Below are positions 1-8,850 of a stretch of 60,292 bases of DNA, in pieces. The stretch spans positions 1-60,292 of the forward strand of contig JBATTG010000194.1 of NCBI GenBank assembly GCA_049670425.1, read 5' to 3'. Both the position numbers and the translations under genes were made by a program. The notes below the pieces were generated by a model. That model searched no databases. It had not been told where the DNA came from and saw only the letters and a list, made by a program, of their open reading frames with translations. The number at the start of each line of letters is the position of its first letter. The stretch's first letter is position 1. This DNA comes from Proteocatella sp. (lineage in GTDB: Bacteria; Bacillota; Clostridia; Peptostreptococcales; Filifactoraceae).

Positions 1-441
1 CTTTATATTGTATATTTTATCGGCTCTTTGGAGTTCTATTCCTTTTACCAGCAGGGTGGAGGTTCGGTCTCCTCTGGTTAAAAAGGCAGACCCCTGAACG
101 GAGGGCGATACCGCGGTTATGTCTGCCTCTTTATCCATACGGGCTATAACCTGGGCATAGTCGGATATTTTTTCATTTTTGGGAGGCAGATTTATATACT
201 GTTTATTTTTTATGCTATCTGGACCTTCGGCAAGGTCTGGCTCGTTTTGCAGCTTGTTCAATATCGTTATATGAGGGCTGTTGCCTACGGTCTCTTCTAT
301 GATATTTTCCTGGACCCCTAATATTATCGAGTTTAGAAATATCTGCACGGCAACGCCTGCAGCAATTCCAAGAAGTATGAAGAAAGTCTGAACCCTGCCG
401 TCTTTTAGAAATCTTATCGCAATCTTCCATTCGTAGGGCAT
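1..441 (-). CDS. ABC transporter permease, MacB/FtsX/LolE type (3' end runs off the window)
   Basis: Not in the ORF track. The ATG at 441 follows the stop of the adaptor gene. Translation MPYEWKIAIRFLKDGRVQTFFILLGIAAGVAVQIFLNSIILGVQENII... is typical of a MacB/LolE N-terminus with a first TM helix; the frame is open to position 1. Confidence 0.85.
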   Translation of the reverse strand, partial: MPYEWKIAIRFLKDGRVQTFFILLGIAAGVAVQIFLNSIILGVQENIIEETVGNSPHITILNKLQNEPDLAEGPDSIKNKQYINLPPKNEKISDYAQVIARMDKEADITAVSPSVQGSAFLTRGDRTSTLLVKGIELQRADKIYNIK

Positions 442-442
442 T

Positions 443-1702
443 TTATTTACCTCCGCCTTCCTTTGTTGATACTCGGGTGCCATCTTTAAGCCCCTGGGGA
501 CTCAGGATTCTGGTACTCTCTTTAATATCTGCATCTGCATTTCCCGTTTTGTCTTGCTTGTACTCTATTCTCACTTCGGCTCCGCTGCCTGTAACATCTA
601 CAGGTATTTTCAGGGCTCTTGCCTTCTGTTCTATGAATATATAAGCCTGGTCATTTTCCTGTATTATATAATTCGAATCTATGACGGTGGACTCTGGATA
701 ACTTTCTTTTACAAGCTCTACCGTTACTGTAAGTGATATTGGAAAAGCCTGTTCGGAAGCTTTGGGAATTTCTATTTTCGCAAGTATGGTTCCTGATTCC
801 TTGTCTATAAAAGGCGATATATATGATATGCTTGAGCGTATTTTGATTTCAGGATTTGAAGAAGGATAGACATAAGCTTCCTGGCCTTTTTTTACGTAGC
901 CTATGTTCTTCTCGTCTACTTTTATTTCTGCATATCGTCTGCTGGTTTTGGCCACATCTATTATGGGGCTGCCCGGCTCAATGATTTCCCCTTCGCTTAC
1001 GTATTTTTTTATTATTATTCCTGCTAGAGGAGAATTTATTTTATATTTGGATATGTCCTGCCTGCTGCTTTCCAGGATTGTACTTGCCTGATATACGAAG
1101 CTGCTTTGTTTTTTCGCTTCGCTTCCGCCTGGGGCATAGGACTGAATTTTGATTCTTGCAGTTTCCAGGTCCACTTTATTTTTATCAACATCTTCCTTTG
1201 CATCCTCGAGTTCTTTTTGTGATATCCCTCCGCTTTCGAAAAGTAGGGACTTTTTGTTGTAATCATTCTCGAGGTTTTTGCTCTGTATTTCAAGCCTGGC
1301 TGCTTCCTGCTTGGCAAGGTTGTAGTTTGTCGTTACGGTAGCGTCATAATTACTCTGGGCTACGGCTACGGCCGCGGCCTTTTCACTCAGTGTTTTTTGA
1401 AGTTTTTCTGAGTCCAGCTTGAGTATATTCTGATTTTTTGATATGCTCTCACCCTCTTGTGCTTCCATTTCCAGGATTTCGCCTCCAACCTGAGCCTTTA
1501 TGGTTATCAGTTCATCGGGGTTTATCTCTCCGCTTGCCAAGACCGTACTTTGATAGGTTTGTATCTTTGGCACTGTATAGCTTACCATTTTGGGCCTTTG
1601 GACATAGAAGACTGCGCCAATGAGTATTATTAAAATTATTATGACTGAATATACCGCTTTTTTGTTGATTCTTATTTTACTTTTTGTCTTTTCCGTCCCC
1701 AT
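443..1702 (-). CDS. Efflux periplasmic adaptor / membrane fusion protein (HlyD/MacA family)
   Basis: N-terminal TM anchor, lipoyl-like motifs (IKAQVGGEI..., INSPLAGII...VSEGEII), coiled-coil hairpin; next to an ABC permease. Start set at MGTEK from the SD. Confidence 0.88.
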   Translation of the reverse strand: MGTEKTKSKIRINKKAVYSVIIILIILIGAVFYVQRPKMVSYTVPKIQTYQSTVLASGEINPDELITIKAQVGGEILEMEAQEGESISKNQNILKLDSEKLQKTLSEKAAAVAVAQSNYDATVTTNYNLAKQEAARLEIQSKNLENDYNKKSLLFESGGISQKELEDAKEDVDKNKVDLETARIKIQSYAPGGSEAKKQSSFVYQASTILESSRQDISKYKINSPLAGIIIKKYVSEGEIIEPGSPIIDVAKTSRRYAEIKVDEKNIGYVKKGQEAYVYPSSNPEIKIRSSISYISPFIDKESGTILAKIEIPKASEQAFPISLTVTVELVKESYPESTVIDSNYIIQENDQAYIFIEQKARALKIPVDVTGSGAEVRIEYKQDKTGNADADIKESTRILSPQGLKDGTRVSTKEGGGK

Positions 1703-1837
1703 AGCTCCACCCTCTGCCTTATGTTTCAATTAAAATTGCTTATACGATTTTACCTTTTATTATACCCATTTACTGTTTCACTTAACTTTTTTTTGCAAAA
1801 AAATGCCCCGAGGGGTTAAGGCCCGACGGGGTTTGGT

Positions 1838-2350
1838 TTACAGTACCAATGATGGCGCTGTATAGATTCTTGCTGCTAATTCTGTATCAAGGAGGTATAA
1901 GCCTTTGGCTTCTGTGCCGAAAAGATCCATCTTTTTGATAAGATTTTCTGAGTTCATTTCCTCTTCACCCTGCTCTTTTACGAACCATTCAAGGAACTGC
2001 GTTGTTCTATAGTCTTTAACTTCAACTGCCTGACCATATATGTTGTGGATAAGGCTTGTTACGAATTGTTCATGCTCCAGGCCAGCCACTAAAGGTGATT
2101 TAAGATTTTCAAAAGATTTATCTGGTTTAGCTATTGCTTCAAGTGTAACTTTTTCACCGTTATTTTGAAGATACTGCATGAAAAGCATTGCATGATCTCT
2201 TTCTTCCTGAGCCTGAACCTTGAACCAGTTTGCAAAGCCCTCCAGTCCGTTTTCAGTGTAGTAGTTTGACATGTCCAGATAAAGATAAGCTGAATAAAGT
2301 TCATGATTTATCTGCTCATTTATTAATTTCGATACTTTTTCATTTAACAT
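1838..2350 (-). CDS. ftnA: Non-heme ferritin
   Basis: INEQINHELYSAYLY, AQEERDHA, LEHEQ and FLEWFVKEQGEEE ferroxidase motifs; SD GAGGAG. Confidence 0.95.
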   Translation of the reverse strand: MLNEKVSKLINEQINHELYSAYLYLDMSNYYTENGLEGFANWFKVQAQEERDHAMLFMQYLQNNGEKVTLEAIAKPDKSFENLKSPLVAGLEHEQFVTSLIHNIYGQAVEVKDYRTTQFLEWFVKEQGEEEMNSENLIKKMDLFGTEAKGLYLLDTELAARIYTAPSLVL

Positions 2351-2450
2351 TTGTTTCTCCTCTCGTTTTGTATATAGATTGTCGTAAGTTGTTTATACCC
2401 ATTATAACATTACAACAATCTCAAATTATATAGTTAATCAAAATTTATTT

Positions 2451-2635
2451 TGGAATCTCAAATTATATGATGGAGCCTGCCTTATGAATCCATTTTCGGA
2501 GTTTCCCAATAAGCAAAAAACTCTTTGAGCGATTTCTGTCTGAGCGAAGCGAGTCAATCGCTCTGTTTTTTGTGTTTGGTTGAAACTCCCAAATGAATTC
2601 ATCCGGGCAGCGGAGTCATATAATTTGAGATTCCA
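2451..2635. repeat. 185-bp foldback (MITE/REP-like) element with 20-bp perfect terminal inverted repeats
   Basis: TGGAATCTCAAATTATATGA (2451-2470) and its exact reverse complement (2616-2635). Nested paired blocks CTGCC/GGCAG, ATGAAT/ATTCAT, CATTT/AAATG, GGAGTTTC/GAAACTCC, AAAAAAC/GTTTTTT, GAGCGATT/AATCGCTC. Apical loop TCTGTCTGAGCGAAGCGAGTC. Confidence 0.8.
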
Positions 2636-2647
2636 TAGCCGAAAATG

Positions 2648-4447
2648 TTATTTCTCTATTTCCATGTCATATTTTTTAAGCTTCCTGTATAATGTAGCTT
2701 TTCCTATTCCCAGCTGGGCGCATATGTCATCTATGGTAAGTTTGTTTGCCCCTCTATGTTCCAGGGCTTTTTGGATTTCTGTTTTTTCAAGGTCTTCTAT
2801 GGTTCTTATTTTTTGACTCTGATGCTCTATGCTCCCTGGGTGTTCGGCTCTTGCTTCGGCTTCCTGCTTTTGTCCCTGAAGTTTGGGGGGCAGGTCCTTG
2901 GACTCTATTTTATGATTTTCTGACATATTGACGGCATATTCTATGGCGTTTTCGAGTTCTCTGATATTGCCCTGCCAGGTATAGGTGTTTATTATTTCCA
3001 GGGCACCATCTTCTATTGATTTTACATTTTTATCGAGTTTTTTTGCAAATTTCTGGATGAAGTAGCGGGTTATGATATTTATGTCCTGAACCCTTTCCCG
3101 AAGTGGCGGTATGTGAAGCGGAATTACATTGAGCCTGTAGTAAAGATCTTCTCTGAATTCGCGGTCTTTTACCTTTTGTTCCAGATTGGCGTTGGTCGAG
3201 GCTATTATCCTCACATCGACGTCCATCTGCCGGCTTCCTCCGACCCGGGTTACCTTGCCGTCTTGGAGAACTCGAAGCAGCTTTGGCTGAAGATGAAGGG
3301 GCATCTCTCCTATTTCGTCAAGGAGAAGCGTTCCTTTGTGGGCAAGTTCGAATTTGCCTGGGTGCCCGCCTTTGGAGGCTCCTGTGAAGGCTCCTTCCAC
3401 ATAGCCAAAGAGTTCGCTTTCAAACAGGTTCTCCGGTATGGCGCTGCAGTTTATTGCTATGAAAGGTTCTTTTTTTCTATCGCTCTGGTAGTGTATCGCT
3501 CTTGCAAAAAGTTCTTTGCCGGTGCCGCTCTCTCCGGTTATAAGCAGCGTAGAGTTGCTCTGGGATGCTTTTTGTGCAAATTTTATGGTTTTGTCCATTA
3601 CAGGGCTCTCATAGATTATGTTGTCAAAAGGTGTGGCTATATTGGTTGAAATTATGTTTCTTGCTGATTTTATAAGCCTTTGCATCTCCTGTATTATGAC
3701 GACTACGGATTCTACGCCGTCTTCGCTTTCAAGTATCCTGGTGCTTATTATCCCGCTGGTGAAATTTCCATGAGGATTTTTATATTCAAATTCCCTGTTC
3801 TTGATTTTCATATCTATGTCAAAGGGTCTTATGTTCGTGTGATTTATTATCTCATGTATGTTTTTGTAGTTCTGAGCAGATATGTCAAGCAGGGTGTCTG
3901 CAACTTCATTGATGTACTTTATATCTCCGATGCCGTCTACGATTATTATGGCCTTGTCCATGACGTCCATTATTGTCTGGAGCTGGTTGGCCAGGATTTT
4001 TATTTCGGAAGTTTTTTCTTTTTCGGTGAGGGTGGCGGCTATCATCTGAGACATTTTCTGCAAAAAAAGCAGTATGCTCTCTTCATTTTTAAGGAGGAGC
4101 TTTTTCTGCTGGTCGTCAAAGGCTATCAGGCCAATGGTTCCTGCAGCATCTTTATTTATCGTTATGGGCGTCACTATTTCTGCACATTCGCTGCAGGCCT
4201 CTATCATGTCGCAATTGCGGCATACTTTTGCCTCTCTTGGATTCCTGACTATATAATGCCTGTTGTCTCTGAGGCAGCTTGCAAATACTCCGTTTGTACT
4301 TATTTTCTCGCCTATCTGCTTCTTATATATCCCGGTTCCTGCTATTCTTACCAGATGCCTGTCTGTTACGGTCACATCTATTTCAATCACGCTTGATATG
4401 GCTTCCGCAAGCTGCTGTACTGTGGTCTGTATTTTTTCAAGTTCCAC
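2648..4447 (-). CDS. Sigma-54-dependent transcriptional activator (sensory GAF/PAS, AAA+, Fis HTH), CdsR-like by context
   Basis: Walker A GESGTGKE, GAFTGA loop, Walker B LLLDEIGE, FREDLYYRLNV, WQGNIRELEN, C-terminal LGIGKATLYRKLK. Confidence 0.93.
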   Translation of the reverse strand: MELEKIQTTVQQLAEAISSVIEIDVTVTDRHLVRIAGTGIYKKQIGEKISTNGVFASCLRDNRHYIVRNPREAKVCRNCDMIEACSECAEIVTPITINKDAAGTIGLIAFDDQQKKLLLKNEESILLFLQKMSQMIAATLTEKEKTSEIKILANQLQTIMDVMDKAIIIVDGIGDIKYINEVADTLLDISAQNYKNIHEIINHTNIRPFDIDMKIKNREFEYKNPHGNFTSGIISTRILESEDGVESVVVIIQEMQRLIKSARNIISTNIATPFDNIIYESPVMDKTIKFAQKASQSNSTLLITGESGTGKELFARAIHYQSDRKKEPFIAINCSAIPENLFESELFGYVEGAFTGASKGGHPGKFELAHKGTLLLDEIGEMPLHLQPKLLRVLQDGKVTRVGGSRQMDVDVRIIASTNANLEQKVKDREFREDLYYRLNVIPLHIPPLRERVQDINIITRYFIQKFAKKLDKNVKSIEDGALEIINTYTWQGNIRELENAIEYAVNMSENHKIESKDLPPKLQGQKQEAEARAEHPGSIEHQSQKIRTIEDLEKTEIQKALEHRGANKLTIDDICAQLGIGKATLYRKLKKYDMEIEK

Positions 4448-4541
4448 GTTTGACTTTTCCCCCTTGCATTTGTGTACAGTCGGCTCTTTTTCTATTTTTG
4501 CAAAAAGTCCGCTGCCATGTCAATATTGTATCATCAAATAT

Positions 4542-4596
4542 GCAAAAAAACCATATTCGCGCCTCAATATGATGAAGTGTGAATATGGTTTTTTGC
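4542..4596. terminator. Intrinsic terminator downstream of the cysteine desulfidase gene
   Basis: AAAAAAACCATATTCGC...GTGAATATGGTTTTTT stem with A/T tracts on both sides. Confidence 0.8.
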
Positions 4597-4624
4597 TTTG
4601 TATGTTTTCCCTAAGGGTATGATT

Positions 4625-5887
4625 CTATTTGTCGTTTATCATAAGGGTAAGAATCTCTATGTCAGTTTCTCTCATTCCCACTTTTGCCATGAGTCCTATG
4701 TTTTTTATGGTACGCTCTATATCTTGCGTAACCAGGCCTTCTCCAGGGCTGAAAGCATCGCCTTCGAGCGCCATCATGTATCCCATAAGGGCTGCATCTA
4801 TAGATGATGCTATCTTGGCGGCGCATGACGGTTTGGCTCCGTCGCATACTATCCCTGACACGTTTGCCAGTGAATTTGTTATCGTATTTTCAATTACGCC
4901 AAGCGGCTTGCCATGAAGGTATGCTATGCCGGCTCCCGCTCCGCAGCCTGCACTTACGGCTCCGCAGTAGGCGCTCAGTTTGCCTATGCCTGTTTTCTGA
5001 TGTATGGCAAGGAGATTGCTCAGCGCAAGGGCTCTGTATAGCTGCTCATCGCTTGCACCCAGATGCTCGGCATACATTATTACAGGTATCGATACGGTCA
5101 TTCCCTGATTTCCGCTTCCTGAGTTTATTACCACGGGAAGCACGCATCCGCTCATTCTTGCATCCGAGCCCGCCGCAGCATAAGCCTTCGCTCTTGTGTT
5201 TATGTCATCTCCGTAATATTTTATCAGCGTCTTGCCTACATTCGCTCCATATTTATTTTTCATTCCTTCTTCGGCTATTTCCATGTTGCATTTTATCTGT
5301 CTGTCCAGCAAAGGTTTTATTTTCTCTATGTCAACCGTATTTGCAAACTCGTATATGTTTTTTATGCTGAGGTTTGAGCGGTCCTGCTTCTTCTGCATTT
5401 TCGACTCATTTGAATCTTTTTCAAATATTACGACATCGTTTTTTTCCATTTTTATTATATTTGTATGGCTGTCAGCTATCGTTACTACAGCGCTTTGATT
5501 CCCTTTTACTGCCGTCATTTTTATATACAGATTTTCCACGCCTTTCGCAAGCACAACCTCACATATTCCCTGTGCAAGCAGTTCTCTGGTCTTTTCTATA
5601 TGCTCAGGCCTTATCGCTATAAGAACTTCAAGTTCTCTGTTTGAATCTCCTCCAACGGCTCCTAGGATGGCACTGGTTTCTATGCCCTTCATGTTTCCTG
5701 TAGTAGGCACGGTCACCCCTTTTACGTTCTTTATTATATTTCCGCTGCACTCTACTTCCAGTCTTTCTGGCATTTCACCCAGGATTTCTCTGGCCTTGGC
5801 TGCTGCAAGGGCTATGGCTATGGGCTCGGTGCATCCCAGAGCTGGCAGCAGTTCTTCCTCTAATATATCTATAAAATTCTCAAACAT
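4625..5887 (-). CDS. UPF0597 / serine dehydratase-alpha-like protein, probable L-cysteine desulfidase (CdsB/CyuA/YhaM family)
   Basis: PALGCTEPIAIA, AAAGSDARMSGC, SGSGNQG, LSAYCGAV and GIVCDGAKPSCAAK motifs; SD GAGGAG before the ATG at 5887. Confidence 0.88.
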   Translation of the reverse strand: MFENFIDILEEELLPALGCTEPIAIALAAAKAREILGEMPERLEVECSGNIIKNVKGVTVPTTGNMKGIETSAILGAVGGDSNRELEVLIAIRPEHIEKTRELLAQGICEVVLAKGVENLYIKMTAVKGNQSAVVTIADSHTNIIKMEKNDVVIFEKDSNESKMQKKQDRSNLSIKNIYEFANTVDIEKIKPLLDRQIKCNMEIAEEGMKNKYGANVGKTLIKYYGDDINTRAKAYAAAGSDARMSGCVLPVVINSGSGNQGMTVSIPVIMYAEHLGASDEQLYRALALSNLLAIHQKTGIGKLSAYCGAVSAGCGAGAGIAYLHGKPLGVIENTITNSLANVSGIVCDGAKPSCAAKIASSIDAALMGYMMALEGDAFSPGEGLVTQDIERTIKNIGLMAKVGMRETDIEILTLMINDK

Positions 5888-5936
5888 CACGTTCTCCTCT
5901 CGAAATCTAAAGCTTAAGCTATCTATGATTATATAA

Positions 5937-5953
5937 AGCAAAAAATATGCCGA
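5937..5953 (-). promoter_or_regulatory. Sigma-54 (-24/-12) promoter of the cysteine desulfidase gene
   Basis: Minus strand TCGGCATATTTTTTGCT: GG-N10-GC with GGCA and TTGC cores, about 50 bp upstream of the start codon; the adjacent gene is a sigma-54 activator. Confidence 0.85.
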
Positions 5954-6157
5954 AAAGCTGGTAGTTGGATTTTTAACCGCCTGTGCAAGTTTGCGCAGTT
6001 TTTGCAGGCTCACTTTACCGCCTTGCAATCAGAGGCTCTGCGTCTGTTTATAGTACAATAGCCTGCCTTGCTGCCTTGGATAGTTTTTTGAAAAATTCCT
6101 TAAAACAGGTTTTTCTGGATGAAGTATGTATTTGTTTTTTTGTTTCAAAACCTTTTT

Positions 6158-6224
6158 GTATCATAACGATACTACTTTGCAGTTTTTTGAGTTTCAAAAA
6201 GATACTTGATTTTCATTTTGAAAC
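6158..6224. promoter_or_regulatory. Putative upstream activator sequences: three 15-bp GTWTCA-N3-TGAWAC-like palindromes
   Basis: GTATCATAACGATAC (6158-6172), GTTTCAAAAAGATAC (6191-6205) and TTTTCATTTTGAAAC (6210-6224), about 205-270 bp upstream of the sigma-54 promoter. Confidence 0.6.
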
Positions 6225-6236
6225 TCTTCGCCACGT

Positions 6237-6288
6237 AAAAAGGCTCCTCTTCATGGATAGATTGAACTAATCTACCCATAAAGGGAGC
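6237..6288 (-). terminator. Probable terminator after mscL
   Basis: Imperfect stem GCTCCTCTTCATGGATAGATT/AATCTACCCATAAAGGGAGC followed by a short T tract on the minus strand. Confidence 0.55.
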
Positions 6289-6328
6289 ATCTTATTTATA
6301 AATTCATGTTCTTCAGCTTTTTTAACAG

Positions 6329-6754
6329 TTATTTCTGTGCTTTTAAAAGGTCTCTTATTTCCTGAAGAAGTTTTATATCTTCCGGAGTCGGTGCCGGCGC
6401 AGCTGGTGCTGCCGCTTTTTCCTTAGCTTTTTTTGCATTCGCCTTGTTGATGAATTTTACTACAAAGAATATTGAAAACGCGATTATGAAGAAGTCTACA
6501 ATATTTTTGATAAAGCTGCCGTAAAGTATTGCAGCCTCGGGTGTTATCACCTTGTCCATTTCCATGACTGCTGGATTTAGGACGTATTTAAGAGTGCTGA
6601 AATCTGTACCTGCAGTCATGAATCCAACCACCGGCATTATTATATCATTTACAAGAGAGGTCACTATTTTTCCAAAAGCCCCTCCAATTACTACTGCCAC
6701 AGCAAGGTCTATGATGTTCCCCTTGAGTGCAAATTGCTTAAATTCTTTCCACAT
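6329..6754 (-). CDS. mscL: Large-conductance mechanosensitive channel
   Basis: [41 protein letters not shown] and C-terminal [10 protein letters not shown] signatures. Confidence 0.97.
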   Translation of the reverse strand: MWKEFKQFALKGNIIDLAVAVVIGGAFGKIVTSLVNDIIMPVVGFMTAGTDFSTLKYVLNPAVMEMDKVITPEAAILYGSFIKNIVDFFIIAFSIFFVVKFINKANAKKAKEKAAAPAAPAPTPEDIKLLQEIRDLLKAQK

Positions 6755-6851
6755 AAATTTTCCTCCTGTCTGAATATCATATTATAACATATACATACCC
6801 CTGCAGGATATCTGCAAAATGTTCCTGCCTGTTTGTGCGGATTTGCAGCTT

Positions 6852-8117
6852 TTATTTCAGCATTCTTTGTCTTGCGGCGTTGGCATGGGCACTGAGGCCT
6901 TCTCCCAGCGCCATGTTGTATGATGTCTGGGCTATTGAAGCTATGCCCGACTTCGTTATTTTTTGATGTGTGCAGGTCTTGAGAAAGGTTCCTACATATA
7001 CTCCGCCTGTATATCTTGATGCTCTGAGCGTCGGCAGGGTATGGTTGGTTCCTGAAGCGTAATCGCCGAATACTTCTGCGGCATTTTCTCCTATGAAAAG
7101 GGAACCGTAGTTGTTAAGATTATCTATAGCATTGTTTTCATCCTTGAGGTGTATTTCGAGGTGTTCGGGCGCTATCTTATTGGACAGTTCGAAGGCCTCT
7201 TCAAGATTTTCCACTATTATTATCTCCCCGTTGTTTTCCCAGGCTTGTGCGGCAATCGCTCTGGTATCGAGCTCTTGAAGCTGTTTTTCAACTTCTTCTG
7301 TGACTGCCTGGGCAAGTTCCCTGCTTGTCGTAAGAAGCAGAGCCTTGGCATTTACGTCATGTTCCGACTGGGCGAGTATGTCTGAGGCTATATATGCCGG
7401 TTTTGAAGGTTCCTCGGCTATTATAAGCACCTCGCTCGGCCCTGCCACAAAGTCTATTCCCACCTGGCCGTAGCACTGTCTTTTGGCTTCGGAAACATAC
7501 TGGTTTCCCGGGCCTACGATTATGTCTACTGGCTCTATCTGCTGCGTTCCATATGCAAACGCCGCTATGGCATGGGCTCCTCCAAGGGCATAGATTTCAT
7601 CTACGCCTGCAATATCCATGGCTACAAGAGTTGCCGGGTGTATGCTGCTTGTGCCTTTTACGGTCGGCGAGCAGGCTGTTATCCGTTTCACGCCTGCTGC
7701 CTTTGCCGGTATTGCGAGCATCAGGGCGCTTGAGTAAAGCGGATAGCTTCCTCCCGGTACATAGCAGCAGCAGGAGTTTATGGGTATTATCCGGTGGCCC
7801 AGGTACACGCCTTTTACCACCTCATAGTCCTTGAGATCCTTGATGGTGTCTCTTTGAACCCGGGCAAAGGCTTCTATGTTTGCCGCGGCTTTTTTTATAT
7901 CAGCTATGAGTTCTGGCGCTACGAGGCTGTAGGCGTTTTCTATTTCTTCTTTGCTTACTAGAAAATCCGCTCTGTCATTCTGGTCATATTTCATATTATA
8001 GTTTCTAAGGGCGACATCTCCGTTTTTTGCCACATCCATGATTATGGCCTGTACATCTTCCTGCAGCCGGGATTTTTGTTTTATGTCCTTTTTGATGGAC
8101 GATTTTAAATAATACAT
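6852..8117 (-). CDS. hisD: Histidinol dehydrogenase
   Basis: YVPGG, VGPGNQYV.EAKR, GIDFVAGPSEVL, LAQSEHD, APEHLE, GDYASGTNHTLPT; last gene of the his cluster. Confidence 0.9.
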   Translation of the reverse strand: MYYLKSSIKKDIKQKSRLQEDVQAIIMDVAKNGDVALRNYNMKYDQNDRADFLVSKEEIENAYSLVAPELIADIKKAAANIEAFARVQRDTIKDLKDYEVVKGVYLGHRIIPINSCCCYVPGGSYPLYSSALMLAIPAKAAGVKRITACSPTVKGTSSIHPATLVAMDIAGVDEIYALGGAHAIAAFAYGTQQIEPVDIIVGPGNQYVSEAKRQCYGQVGIDFVAGPSEVLIIAEEPSKPAYIASDILAQSEHDVNAKALLLTTSRELAQAVTEEVEKQLQELDTRAIAAQAWENNGEIIIVENLEEAFELSNKIAPEHLEIHLKDENNAIDNLNNYGSLFIGENAAEVFGDYASGTNHTLPTLRASRYTGGVYVGTFLKTCTHQKITKSGIASIAQTSYNMALGEGLSAHANAARQRMLK

Positions 8118-8179
8118 AAGCTCTCCATTTATCCTATGATTGTTAGAAATTCATACCACTTCTGAATCGGATTCAGGCT

Positions 8180-8821
8180 CTATTTGACTCTTTTTTGAAG
8201 TTCTGTCTCTATTTCTTCGAGGACAACTCCCTGGTTTGCAAGCAGCACAAGCATGTGATAGACAAGGTCGCTGGCTTCGTATATGAGCTCTTCTTTGCTG
8301 TTATTTTTGGCGGCTATTATCGTTTCAGCTGCTTCTTCGCCTACTTTTTTAAGGATTTTATCTATGCCTTTTTCAAAAAGGTAGTTGGTATAGGAGCCTT
8401 CCTGGGGATTTTCTTTTCTGTCGAGTATCTGCTTGTAAAGAGCCTTGATGATTCGAGTTTCTTTTGGGTCATCGGCTTCAACTTTCTCACGGCTTTCATC
8501 AAACTCCGTATTGAAGAAGCATGAGTATGCCCCGGTGTGGCAGGCATTTCCTGTCTGCTCCACCTTTATCAGCACGCTGTCCTTGTCGCAGTCGTAGGTA
8601 AGACTTTTTACGCTCTGGGTGTTTCCTGAGGTCTGCCCTTTTTCCCAGAGTTCATTTCTGCTTCTTGAATAGTAGACTGCGCATTTTTTCTCTATGGTCA
8701 GTCTGAGGGACTCTTCGTTCATGTAAGCCAGCATAAGAACTTCCTTTGTATTTATGTCCTGGCATATGCATGGCACGAGGCCGTTTGCATCAAATTTTAT
8801 CTCGTTTAAATTTATTTTCAT
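8180..8821 (-). CDS. hisIE: Bifunctional phosphoribosyl-AMP cyclohydrolase / phosphoribosyl-ATP pyrophosphatase
   Basis: [47 protein letters not shown]. Confidence 0.96.
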   Translation of the reverse strand: MKINLNEIKFDANGLVPCICQDINTKEVLMLAYMNEESLRLTIEKKCAVYYSRSRNELWEKGQTSGNTQSVKSLTYDCDKDSVLIKVEQTGNACHTGAYSCFFNTEFDESREKVEADDPKETRIIKALYKQILDRKENPQEGSYTNYLFEKGIDKILKKVGEEAAETIIAAKNNSKEELIYEASDLVYHMLVLLANQGVVLEEIETELQKRVK

Positions 8822-8850
8822 GGGACTTCCTTTCGGCTCTAAGTTGATTG

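Noticed and set aside
215..430. 71-aa minus-strand ORF in the supplied track
   Set aside because: It is an alternative frame inside the ABC permease gene that starts at 441 and runs off the window.
2535..2555. Hammerhead ribozyme core in the foldback apex (CTGA...GAA)
   Set aside because: It lacks the CUGANGA and GAAA cores and a three-way junction.
4500..4518. Second sigma-54 promoter (TGGCA...TTGC) upstream of the activator gene
   Set aside because: GG-to-GC spacing is 12, not the required 10; an adjacent TTGACA suggests a SigA promoter instead.
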